From the NCBI GenBank assembly GCA_963664825.1, contig OY761614.1:416001-480000 (forward strand): a DNA stretch of 64,000 bases. The letters run 5' to 3'. Position numbers and translations under genes: made by a program. The notes below the pieces were generated by a model, which worked only from the letters and a program-made list of their open reading frames with translations, had not been told where the DNA came from and did no database searches. Shown here in pieces: positions 1-8,903 of this stretch. Within the stretch, counting starts at the first letter, position 1. Each line of letters begins with the position of its first letter. Source of the stretch: an uncultured Holophaga sp. (GTDB taxonomy: Bacteria > Acidobacteriota > Holophagae > Holophagales > Holophagaceae).

Positions 1-33
1 ATTGAGCCAGGGTTCCTTCTTCTCTTCGGTCAT
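1..33 (-). CDS. 5' end of a gene running off the window (MTEEKKEPWLN...), possibly a DUF4337-like membrane protein
   Basis: ATG at 33 on the minus strand, preceded by a GAGGAG Shine-Dalgarno. Only 11 codons are visible, so the family guess is weak. Confidence 0.4.
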   Translation of the reverse strand, partial: MTEEKKEPWLN

Positions 34-190
34 GATCTCCTCTCGCACATTCCTGCGCCGCAGGAACCATTGCAACCACACGAATTCCGGCCGTCAAGAA
101 CTGCCTCCCCAACGGCCCGCGGCCCTGGTAAGCAGTACAACCAGCCGGGGCACCCCTACACTGGCCTCCGACTCCGATGAAAGGAATCCC

Positions 191-1036
191 ATGCGCCCTT
201 CCCATCACATCTGTTTGGCCATCTTGGCCGTGTCCGTGTTCCTGCGGGCCGACGAGGCCCCGCGGACGCAGGATGCCTCCGCGGCCTTGATCCCACCCAA
301 TGTCACGCTGCGGATTCCACTCCGGAACTACTGCGAAGGTCTCAAATGCCTGGATCTCCAGGTCGGTGGCAAGGCCCGCACCTTCCTTTTCGATTCCGGA
401 GGCGGATCCACCCTCATCACCCCGGAACTGGCCAAGGAACTGGGCAGCGCGCCCTATGGCCGGGGCGTCGGGTACCGGATGAACGGCCAAGCCGTCGAGT
501 TCAACTACTGCGCCCGCTTTCACGGATCCCTCGGGGCCTGGGAGCTCCAACATGCGCCCGTGGCCGTGTTTGATCTCCGGAAGCTCCTGCCTCCCGAACT
601 GCCGCGGCTGGATGGAGTCGTGGCCCTGGATAGTTTCCGAGGACAGGTGCTGACCCTCGACTGGGCCGCCAATGAGCTTCGGATCCTGGCCTCCTCCGAT
701 ATTCCATCCGCCCTCGGCAAGACCGGGGTCGAGACACGCATCGCGACCGGGGAGAACGGCGCGAGCCTGTGCGTGCTGCTGCCCGTCACAGGGGAGCGCG
801 AGACGCTCTGGTTCCTCCTGGATTCGGGGGACAGCGCGGGCACCCTCGTGGCCCCGCACCTTCAGAAGGAGCATTCCATTCGGGTCGATGCCAGGTCCAC
901 CGCCCGACTCCAGGTCGGAACCCGCGCATCGGAATCCCTGCCGGTCACGGTGGAGGCCATCAACTATGACGGAGTCCTGGGCACTCACTACCTCAAGGAC
1001 CATGTCATCACCCTGGACCTCCGCCACTTGCATTGA
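191..1036 (+). CDS. Secreted retropepsin-like aspartyl protease with two protease lobes
   Basis: AAGGA then ATG at 191; hydrophobic N-terminal signal; two D-S-G motifs (FLFDSGGG, FLLDSGDS), each followed later by a DGV(V/L)(A/G) motif. Confidence 0.75.
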   Translation: MRPSHHICLAILAVSVFLRADEAPRTQDASAALIPPNVTLRIPLRNYCEGLKCLDLQVGGKARTFLFDSGGGSTLITPELAKELGSAPYGRGVGYRMNGQAVEFNYCARFHGSLGAWELQHAPVAVFDLRKLLPPELPRLDGVVALDSFRGQVLTLDWAANELRILASSDIPSALGKTGVETRIATGENGASLCVLLPVTGERETLWFLLDSGDSAGTLVAPHLQKEHSIRVDARSTARLQVGTRASESLPVTVEAINYDGVLGTHYLKDHVITLDLRHLH

Positions 1037-1211
1037 ATGGCGGGAGGTTCCCCACCCCTTAGAGCGTGCGGATTCGCGTCAAGATGTGGGGAATCAGTCC
1101 GGCCGATCAAGGGCGCAAGCTCGGCCTTCGTCGCCCCCCCTGCGGGGGTAGGCCGGTTTGCGTCGAATCCCTTAACGAGGGATGTCGCCACATTCCTCCA
1201 TCCTTCTGGTA

Positions 1212-4200
1212 TCAGTAGATCCAGCTCAGGCCGCAGCCCGTCTCCTTCGCCAGTTTTTCCGCCAGGTCCGGGTCGAAGCGCAGCTTGAAATCATGGCCCG
1301 GCTTCACCTTGGCGATGACCCCATCCTGGCTGCGGTATTCGAGGGTGAGCGGCAGGGAACCGTGGTGGAGGCGGAGGAGGGGGAGCAGGTTGCTCGGGTA
1401 TTCCCCCAAGGGCAGCTTCACCACGGCCCCCGTGAAACCCCGCCCCTGGAAGCCTTCCAGGGGTTCCAGGGCCGAGACGAAGAGTTTGAGCACGGTCTGT
1501 TCGTCCTCCTCCTCGCCTTCCCCGTTTCCATTGCCATTGCCGTTGCTCGTGACCGTCTCCACCTTCAGCTCCCCCGTCACCCGCAGCAGGGCGTCGGGCA
1601 TGGCGAGATGGCTGAAGAGTTCGAAGGGGCGGGAGCGCTTCTTGGTCACCGGATCGAAGCGTGAGGAATACATCAGCGCCTCGATCTTGTCGGTGAGGTC
1701 CTCCAATTGCAGGATGGCCCAGGGCTCGCCCTTCTGGTTGGTCTTGAAGGCCACGTTGCTGACCATGACCCCCAGGGTCACCTCGTCCTTGTCCTTGATT
1801 TTCCCGCTGGCCACCTGTTCCTTGAGTACCGTGATCCCGCCGAGTGTATGGACCTTCACCGCATCGATGAACTCCTCCAGTGGATGGCCCGAAACGTAGA
1901 GCCCGAGGGCTTCCCGCTCGTTCTTGAGGCGTTCCTTGCGGCTCAAGGGTTCGATGTCCTCCGGCAGGCTCCAGTTATCGGCCAGGCTGGCCATCTCGGC
2001 CTCGTCGAAGAGCGAGGTCATGCCCAGATCGGCGCCGCCTCCCGAAGAGGCGTTCTGGATGGCCGAGGGCAGCCCCTCCAAGAGGGCTGCGCGATTGGAT
2101 TCCATGGAATCGAAGGCCCCGGCCTTGATGAGACATTCCCAGACCTTGCGATTGGCCTTTCCCAGGTCCGTGCTCTTGAGGGCATGGAAGAAATCCTTGA
2201 AACCCCCCTCGGCCTTGCGGGCCTCCAGGATGGCATCCAGCGCGGCCTCCCCCAGCCCCTTGATGGCCGCCAGGCCGAAGCGGATCTGGTTCTCGCCGGT
2301 GATGGTGAAATCCAGGCGGGAGGTGTTGATATCCGGGCCCAGCACTTCGATGCCGATCTCCCGGCAGTTCTGGATGTACTTCACCACATCGTCGGTGCGC
2401 TGGCTCTTGGTGCTGAGCAGGCCGGCCATAAACTCCGTGCGGTAGTGGGCCTTCAGGTAGCCCGTCTCGTAGGCCACCATGGCGTAGGCGGCGCTATGGC
2501 TCTTGTTGAAGCCATAGCCAGCGAAGTATTCGATGAGATCGAAGAGCTCCGAGACCTTGGTGCCGTCGAAACCCCGAGCCTTCCCCTTCTCGATGAAGCC
2601 GGCCTTCTCCTTCTGCATCTTCGCGACATCCTTCTTGCCCATGGCGCGGCGCAGCATATCGGCCTCACCCAGGGAGAAGCCCGCGATGGCCTGGGCGATC
2701 TGCATGACCTGCTCCTGGTAGAGGATCACGCCATAGGTGGGGCTGAGGATGGGCTCCAGTTCCGGGAACATGTAGACCACGGGCTTGCGGCCGTGGCGGC
2801 AGTCCACGTAGGTGTCGCCCATGCCCGCGCCCAGTGGCCCCGGGCGAAAGAGCGCGTTGAGCGCGATGAGATCATCGAAGCGGTCCGGCTGGAGCTTGCG
2901 CAGCAGGCCCTTCATGCCTCCCGATTCGAACTGGAACACGCCATCCGTATCCCCATTGGACAGGAGATCGAAGGTCGATTTGTCATCGAAACCCCGGATG
3001 GTGAGCATATCCAGGGGCGCGCCGTGGGTCTCGGCGATATAGCCCTGGGTCTTGGCGATCTGGGTGAGGGTCTCCAGCCCCAGGAAGTCCATCTTCAGCA
3101 GGCCCGCCCGCTCGGCCTCGGTCATGGTGTACTGCACCATCACCTTGTCGTCCTTGTCCTTGCACAAGGGGGCGAATTTGGTGAGCTCGTCGGGGGCGAT
3201 GATGACCCCGGCGGCGTGGATGCCCGTATTGCGGGCGAGCCCCTCGAGCCGGGCTGAGATATCCAGCACCTGCTTGACCTCGGGATCGCTCTCGTAGCGC
3301 TCCCGCAGCTTATCGATCCATTCCAGGCAGTTGCCCACGGTGAGTTTCTTGGAGGGATCGGGGGAGAAGGCCGGGATCAGCTTGGTCAGTTCGTTGGACC
3401 AATTGAAGTCCTTCTCGAAGACCCGCGCCACGTCCTTGATGACGGCCTTGGTCTTGAGCTGGTTGATGGTGACGATGCTGGAGACGCGGTCCCGGCCGTA
3501 TTTTTCGGTCACGTAGTCGATGACCCGCTGGCGGCCGTCCCGGCAGAAGTCGATATCCACATCGGGCATGGACACGCGTTCCGGGTTCAGGAAGCGTTCG
3601 AAAAGCAGGTCGTACTGCATGGGGTCGATATCGGTGATCTTCATGGACCAGGCCACGATGGACCCGGCGGCCGATCCGCGGCCAGGCCCCACGGGAACGC
3701 CCATCTCCCGGGCCTTGGCGATGAAGTCCCACACCAGCAGGAAGTAGCCCGGGTATCCCATCTTCAGGATGGTGCTGAGCTCGAATTCCAGGCGCTCCCG
3801 GTAGACGTTCTCGGGGTGCTTGAGCTTGCCGATCTGCCAGAGGGGCTGGCTCTCGAGGATGCGCTGCTCGAACATCTCCCTGGCTACATGGACGAAGTAG
3901 CTCTCCAGGGTGAAGCCGGAGGGCACCGGAAACTGGGGCGGGATGGGCTTTCGGGTGATGGGGAAGAATTCGATCTTGGAGGCGATCTCCAGGGAACGCT
4001 CCAGCACCTCCGGGTTCTGGCCAAAGGTCTTGGCCATCTCCTCGGGGGTCTTGACGAAGAACTGGTCGGTGGAGAAGCGCATGCGGCGCTGGGTGCTCTT
4101 CAGCGTCTTGGTGCCGATGCAGAGCAGCGTATCGTGGAAATCCGCATCGTCCTGGTTGAGGTAGTGGGCGTCATTGGTGGCCACCAGGGGAATGCCCGTG

Positions 4201-4856
4201 CGCTTGGCGAGTTCGTACTGGGCGGGGATGATGAGGCGCTCGGCCTCGAAACCCTGGTCCTGGATCTCCAGGTAGTAGTCCTCCCCGAAGATCTCGCGGT
4301 AATCCCTGGCGATGCGCTCGGCGGCCTCGGTCTTGCCCGCCATGAGCCGCGCCTGAACTTCGCCGCCCAGGCAGGCCGAGAGCGCGATGAGCCCTTCGCT
4401 GTTCTCCCGCAGCAGCTCCTTGTCGACCCGCGGCTTGTAGTAGAAGCCCTCCGTGAAGCCCTTGGAGACCATCTTCGACAGGTTCGAGAACCCGGTGGCG
4501 TTCTTGGCCAATAGCACCAGGTGGTAGCCTGCGTCCCGGTGGCCCGAGGGATCCTGGCAATCCTCCATGCCCTCCTGGTTCTGCTGGCTGGAGGCGTCGA
4601 ACTTGCGCTCGAAACGCGAGCGCGGCGCCACGTAGACCTCGCAACCCAGGATGGGCTTCACGGCCCAATTGCCATCGGCGTCCTTCGTCTTCTCGCAGGC
4701 GTCGAAGAGCTTCATCATCCCGAACATGTTCCCGTGATCCGTGACGGCCACCGCGGGCATGCCGGTGGCCTGGCACTTCTTCACGAGATCCGGGATGCGC
4801 GTCATGCCGTCGAGGAGGGAATTTTCGGTGTGCGTGTGGAGATGGACGAAGCTCAT
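1212..4856 (-). CDS. dnaE: DNA polymerase III alpha subunit
   Basis: N-terminal PHP domain (FVHLHTH, TDHGN), GRGSAAGS, RVSMPDVDIDF, LLKMDFLGL, GYGFNKSHSAAY, C-terminal OB fold; 1214 aa. Confidence 0.98.
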   Translation of the reverse strand: MSFVHLHTHTENSLLDGMTRIPDLVKKCQATGMPAVAVTDHGNMFGMMKLFDACEKTKDADGNWAVKPILGCEVYVAPRSRFERKFDASSQQNQEGMEDCQDPSGHRDAGYHLVLLAKNATGFSNLSKMVSKGFTEGFYYKPRVDKELLRENSEGLIALSACLGGEVQARLMAGKTEAAERIARDYREIFGEDYYLEIQDQGFEAERLIIPAQYELAKRTGIPLVATNDAHYLNQDDADFHDTLLCIGTKTLKSTQRRMRFSTDQFFVKTPEEMAKTFGQNPEVLERSLEIASKIEFFPITRKPIPPQFPVPSGFTLESYFVHVAREMFEQRILESQPLWQIGKLKHPENVYRERLEFELSTILKMGYPGYFLLVWDFIAKAREMGVPVGPGRGSAAGSIVAWSMKITDIDPMQYDLLFERFLNPERVSMPDVDIDFCRDGRQRVIDYVTEKYGRDRVSSIVTINQLKTKAVIKDVARVFEKDFNWSNELTKLIPAFSPDPSKKLTVGNCLEWIDKLRERYESDPEVKQVLDISARLEGLARNTGIHAAGVIIAPDELTKFAPLCKDKDDKVMVQYTMTEAERAGLLKMDFLGLETLTQIAKTQGYIAETHGAPLDMLTIRGFDDKSTFDLLSNGDTDGVFQFESGGMKGLLRKLQPDRFDDLIALNALFRPGPLGAGMGDTYVDCRHGRKPVVYMFPELEPILSPTYGVILYQEQVMQIAQAIAGFSLGEADMLRRAMGKKDVAKMQKEKAGFIEKGKARGFDGTKVSELFDLIEYFAGYGFNKSHSAAYAMVAYETGYLKAHYRTEFMAGLLSTKSQRTDDVVKYIQNCREIGIEVLGPDINTSRLDFTITGENQIRFGLAAIKGLGEAALDAILEARKAEGGFKDFFHALKSTDLGKANRKVWECLIKAGAFDSMESNRAALLEGLPSAIQNASSGGGADLGMTSLFDEAEMASLADNWSLPEDIEPLSRKERLKNEREALGLYVSGHPLEEFIDAVKVHTLGGITVLKEQVASGKIKDKDEVTLGVMVSNVAFKTNQKGEPWAILQLEDLTDKIEALMYSSRFDPVTKKRSRPFELFSHLAMPDALLRVTGELKVETVTSNGNGNGNGEGEEEDEQTVLKLFVSALEPLEGFQGRGFTGAVVKLPLGEYPSNLLPLLRLHHGSLPLTLEYRSQDGVIAKVKPGHDFKLRFDPDLAEKLAKETGCGLSWIY

Positions 4857-5034
4857 GGAGCCATTGTCCCAAAGCCGGGGCCCCTTGTGGGAAGGATCGC
4901 CGGGCCTGCACTTGGGGGAGGGCAGGCCGAGGGGGACGATTCAGCGCTAAACCGCAAAGAGTGTCGGGGCACCCTTCGCCACAGCTTGCGGGATAGGATG
5001 CGCGGGCGCGATGAGAGACATCCGCACGGAGGCC

Positions 5035-5062
5035 TTGCATGACGCCAAATGGCGCGTAATAT
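5035..5062 (+). promoter_or_regulatory. Putative sigma70 promoter of the TA operon with a palindromic operator in the spacer
   Basis: TTGCAT (5035-40), 16 nt, TAATAT (5057-62). The spacer contains the inverted repeat CGCCA-AA-TGGCG (5043-5054). Confidence 0.55.
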
Positions 5063-5085
5063 TAAGTCAGATGCCGGAGGGCCCC

Positions 5086-5526
5086 ATGGCCGTCGCCGAA
5101 CGACCTTCAAACCATCCAAAGAGGCGTCCAATCCTAGAGGTCCAGTATCTCAAGGCTACCCCGCTGGATCTAGTCAACTTGGTCCGAGAGGGGTTGCCAT
5201 GGACGCTCTATCAGGGAGTCATGACCGACCTTGGATTAACCGACCAGATGGCGGCTGGCGTGCTGCATATCCCGCTCCGCACCCTGACCCGTCGCAAGGG
5301 TGGGGGGCGTCTTGATCCGCAGGAAAGCGAGCGGGTCATGCGGTTGGTCCGACTGAGAGCAAAGGCCGAGGATGTGCTTGGGACCAGGGAGAAGGCTCTC
5401 CACTGGCTGGAGGCCTCCAATCGGGCACTGGGGGGGGCGACTCCTCTCTCTTTGCTGGATACCGACATCGGCACCCAGGCTGCGGAAGCCGTGTTGACAC
5501 GGATCGAATTCGGCATCTTCTCCTGA
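5086..5526 (+). CDS. Xre/MbcA/ParS-family antitoxin
   Basis: GGAGG then ATG at 5086; HTH region (LHIPLRTLTRRK, LDPQESER); C-terminal WLEASNRALGGATPLSLLDTDIG...IEFG motif; stop overlaps the toxin start. Confidence 0.92.
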   Translation: MAVAERPSNHPKRRPILEVQYLKATPLDLVNLVREGLPWTLYQGVMTDLGLTDQMAAGVLHIPLRTLTRRKGGGRLDPQESERVMRLVRLRAKAEDVLGTREKALHWLEASNRALGGATPLSLLDTDIGTQAAEAVLTRIEFGIFS

Positions 5527-5990
5527 TGCGGGTTCATCGCATCGTGAAGGCCCGGCACGCGCTCTCGCCGCTGGATGGCGAAGGGGCTCGACGAGTCGGA
5601 GGGCGCTGGAACTCCCCGGGCCTTCCGGTGGTCTACTGCGCCTCTTCCCTGTCCCTCGCGGTGTTGGAACTGCTCGTGCATGTGGATCCCGCCGACATTC
5701 CAGATGATCTGGTCGCCATCGTCGCGGAGATCCCGGACCACCTTCCGGTGGAGCAATGGCTCCCGAGGGATCTCCCGGGCCCCTGGCGGGAAGAGGCCAG
5801 CAAGCCCGTCTTGCAGGCGATGGGTGGAGCCTGGGTCAAAGCCGCCACGTCCGCCGTGATCTTGGTTCCATCTGTGATTGTGCCATCCGAAACGAACGCC
5901 CTCATCAATCCAGCGCACCCGGATACCCCAAAAATCATGGTGATTGAACGGTCCGCCTTCACCCTCGACCCCAGGTTGTTCCACTCCTGA
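5526..5990 (+). CDS. RES-domain toxin (NAD+ phosphorylase family)
   Basis: R-E-S motifs GGRWN, SLAVLE, LVPSVIVP, plus NALINPAHPD; coupled to the antitoxin. Confidence 0.93.
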   Translation: MRVHRIVKARHALSPLDGEGARRVGGRWNSPGLPVVYCASSLSLAVLELLVHVDPADIPDDLVAIVAEIPDHLPVEQWLPRDLPGPWREEASKPVLQAMGGAWVKAATSAVILVPSVIVPSETNALINPAHPDTPKIMVIERSAFTLDPRLFHS

Positions 5991-6315
5991 CGCCACCGGA
6001 AGGTCGTGGAGTTCTCCTTGAGCCGCGATCTGAGCAATCCCCCCGGCAGCAAGAGGCACACGGGGGAATTGGAAGGGCCCATTTGTTCGAGCGGCGCCCC
6101 CTCTCGCCTTAGCTGTGCTGCGCTCGGAGATAGCTCTCGAAAGCGGCCTTCTCAGGGGCAGCCTCCTCAGTATCCAAGGCGGCGGTGATAGGAAAGAGCA
6201 CGCCGGTCATAGGGAAGGAGATGAAGGGGATATCGTCCCACTCCAGACAGAAGAGTCGCCACCGACCCGCCAAGCGACGCTGCGCCCGTTCCGCGGGGCC
6301 TCCGCAGCCAGTGAA

Positions 6316-8853
6316 TCAGGCCATCTTCACCGGCTCGGGCATCCGCGTGAGGGCCAACTCGATCACGTCGTCCATGTGATGGACCAGGTGGATGGTCATC
6401 TGTTCCCGGATTTCGGAAGGGATTTCCTCCAGGTGGCGGGCGTTTTCGGAAGGGATGAGCACGGTCCTGCAGCCCAGGCGGTGGGCCGCCAGGAGCTTCT
6501 CCTTGAGGCCGCCGATGGGGAGGACCATGCCCCGGAGGGTGAGTTCGCCGGTCATGGCCAAGTCGCTGCGGACAGGAATGCCCGTGAGCGCCGAGATGAG
6601 CGCTGTAGCCAGGGTGATGCCGGCGCTGGGGCCGTCCTTGGGAATGGCCCCCTCGGGCACGTGGACGTGGAGATCCATCTTCTCCAGGAAATCCGGCGAG
6701 AGCCCCAGGCGCTCGGCCCGGGCCCGCACGAAGGAGAGGGCGATCTGGGCGCTCTCCTGCATGACCTCCCCCAGTTTTCCGGTGAGTTTCAGCTTCCCCT
6801 TGCCGGGCAGCGTGGCGGCCTCGATGGTGAGCAGATCCCCGCCGGTGGAAGTCCAGGCCAGGCCGCTCACGACGCCGGGCAGCATCTCTTCATCCCGGCG
6901 CGTTTCCAGGAAGCGCTCGGGGCCGATGAGCTTGGGCAGGCGCTCGGAGGTGACGGTGGCCTGGAAGACCTCCCCGGCCAGGTCCCCCTTGTCGGGCTGT
7001 AGGCTATGGCGGGCCAGCTTGCGCAGCACGGCGCTGATCTCCCGCTCCAGTTGCCGGACGCCGGCCTCCTTGGTGTAGGCCTGGATCATCTTTTCCAGGG
7101 CGCTATCCCGGAAGACGATCTCCAGGGCCTTCATGCCGTGGCGCTCCAGGGCCTTGGGCACGAGGTGGCGCTGGGCGATGGCCAGCTTCTCCTTGAGGGT
7201 GTAGCCGGAGAGTTCGATGACCTCCAGGCGGTCCTCCAGAGCCTGGGGAATGGCGTGGCGCACATTGGCCGTGCAGAGGAAGAGCACCTGGCTGAGATCG
7301 AAGCCCAGATCCAGGTAGTGGTCCTGGAAGGCCTGGTTCTGCTCGGGGTCCAGCACCTCCAGCAGGGCCGAGGCGGGGTCGCCCCGCCAGTCGGAGGCCA
7401 TCTTGTCGAGCTCGTCCAGCAGCATGAGGGGGTTTCTCACGCCGGATTTCTTCATCAGCGAGATGATGCGCCCAGGCATGGCTCCGATGTAGGTGCGGCG
7501 ATGGCCCCGGATCTCGGCCTCGTCCCGCAGGCCCCCCAGGGAGAAGCGCAGGAAGGGGCGGTTGAGGGCCCGGGCGATGCTGCGGGCCAAGGAGGTCTTG
7601 CCCACGCCCGGAGGCCCCACCAGGCAGAGGATGGGAGACAAGCCTTTCCGGGGAGGACCGGCCGGCCCTGCGGGCCTCGTCCTCCCCGGACCCCTCGCCT
7701 CGGAGCTCGGCGGAGCCGAGTCCTCGGCCTCGCCTGTCCAGGGAGAACCGCCCAGCCCTTCGGGCCTCGCCCCCCCCGGACCTGCTTCTGGCCTCGGTGA
7801 AGCCGAGTCCTCGGCCTCCTCATTGGCGTCCTTCAGGCGCCGCATGACGGCCAGGTATTCCAGGACCCGGGCCTTCACCTTTTCGAGGCCCGCGTGGTCC
7901 TCCTCCAGGATGCGCTCCGCCTCGTCCAGGTCCAGGTGCTCGTCGGCCAGTTTCTGCCAGGGCAGCGCCAGCAGCCAATCGATGTAGGTGCGGCTTACGG
8001 TGCTCTCCGCACTCTGGGGAGGCATGGCCTCCAGGCGCTCGAGCTCCTCCAGGGCCTTCTTCTCGGCCTCTTCGCTCATGCGGGCGTCCAGGATCTGATC
8101 CTTGAGCCGCGCGAATTCGCCCTTCTCGTCCTTCTTCCCCATCTCCTGCTGGAGCACGCGCATCTTCTCGCTGAGGACGTACTGCTTGTGGTCCTCGTCC
8201 AGGCGGGCCCGGGTCTTCTCCTCCAGCACCTGGTCCACCGAATGGCGGGCGGCGTCGACTTCCAGGAGCTTCAGCACGGCCTGGAGCCGCGGCTCGATCT
8301 CGAGCTGCTCCAGCACGCCCTGCTTCTCCCGCACGTCCGAAGGCAGGAGGCCCGCCACGGTATCGATGGCACTCCCCAGGGGCAGCTCCCGGATCTGGTC
8401 CATGGACATGAGCCGGGAGGCATCGGGGTTCCGCCCGAGGAATTGTTCCACCGCGCCGTTGAAGGTCGGCAGCAGGGCCGCTTCTTCGGCCAGCGCCATC
8501 GGTTCGGCCAGGAGGCTCACATCGGCCTGGATGACATCGCCCTCGTCTTGGTAGCGCTCCAGCCTCACCCGGGCGATGCCCTTCACGCCCACCTTGTAGA
8601 AGTCCTTGGGTAGCGCGATGAGGGACTCCACCAGGGCCAGCGTGCCCGTGAGGTAGAGGCTCTCTTGCTTGGGCTCGTCCTCCTTGGGATCCCGCTGGGT
8701 CAGCATCACCAGGTGATCACCGGCCTTGATGGCCAGTTCCAGCGTGCGCACCGAGCCCCTGCGCCCCACGACGAAGGGCACCCGGGAACCGGGAAAGAGC
8801 ACCATGTCCCGGATGGGAATGGCAGGCAGTGTGAGGATTTTAGGCGTGTCCAA
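6316..8853 (-). CDS. lon: Lon ATP-dependent protease with a ~60 aa low-complexity insertion before Walker A
   Basis: LON N-domain, [25 protein letters not shown], catalytic KDGPSAG and GGLKEKL; TTG start with GGAG RBS. Confidence 0.97.
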   Translation of the reverse strand: MDTPKILTLPAIPIRDMVLFPGSRVPFVVGRRGSVRTLELAIKAGDHLVMLTQRDPKEDEPKQESLYLTGTLALVESLIALPKDFYKVGVKGIARVRLERYQDEGDVIQADVSLLAEPMALAEEAALLPTFNGAVEQFLGRNPDASRLMSMDQIRELPLGSAIDTVAGLLPSDVREKQGVLEQLEIEPRLQAVLKLLEVDAARHSVDQVLEEKTRARLDEDHKQYVLSEKMRVLQQEMGKKDEKGEFARLKDQILDARMSEEAEKKALEELERLEAMPPQSAESTVSRTYIDWLLALPWQKLADEHLDLDEAERILEEDHAGLEKVKARVLEYLAVMRRLKDANEEAEDSASPRPEAGPGGARPEGLGGSPWTGEAEDSAPPSSEARGPGRTRPAGPAGPPRKGLSPILCLVGPPGVGKTSLARSIARALNRPFLRFSLGGLRDEAEIRGHRRTYIGAMPGRIISLMKKSGVRNPLMLLDELDKMASDWRGDPASALLEVLDPEQNQAFQDHYLDLGFDLSQVLFLCTANVRHAIPQALEDRLEVIELSGYTLKEKLAIAQRHLVPKALERHGMKALEIVFRDSALEKMIQAYTKEAGVRQLEREISAVLRKLARHSLQPDKGDLAGEVFQATVTSERLPKLIGPERFLETRRDEEMLPGVVSGLAWTSTGGDLLTIEAATLPGKGKLKLTGKLGEVMQESAQIALSFVRARAERLGLSPDFLEKMDLHVHVPEGAIPKDGPSAGITLATALISALTGIPVRSDLAMTGELTLRGMVLPIGGLKEKLLAAHRLGCRTVLIPSENARHLEEIPSEIREQMTIHLVHHMDDVIELALTRMPEPVKMA
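7647..7818. repeat. Two tandem ~87-90 bp palindromic (REP/RPE-like) units inside lon
   Basis: Perfect 12-bp stem TCCGGGGAGGAC/GTCCTCCCCGGA (7647-58/7679-90); degenerate copy at 7737-7780; GCCGAGTCCTCGGC recurs at 7715 and 7802. Confidence 0.8.
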
Positions 8854-8903
8854 CGAAGTCTCCGGTACTCTGATTCTAACGATAAGGCGGCTAGACTTAA
8901 TTC

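Noticed and set aside
6108..6315. Open frame continuing past the lon TGA stop (possible read-through or small gene)
   Set aside because: Lon ends at a normal position; no recoding signal, RBS or recognisable homology.
7640..7830. Intein in lon (or in dnaE)
   Set aside because: The insert lacks the N-terminal Cys/Ser and C-terminal His-Asn splicing motifs and is too short; dnaE has normal length.
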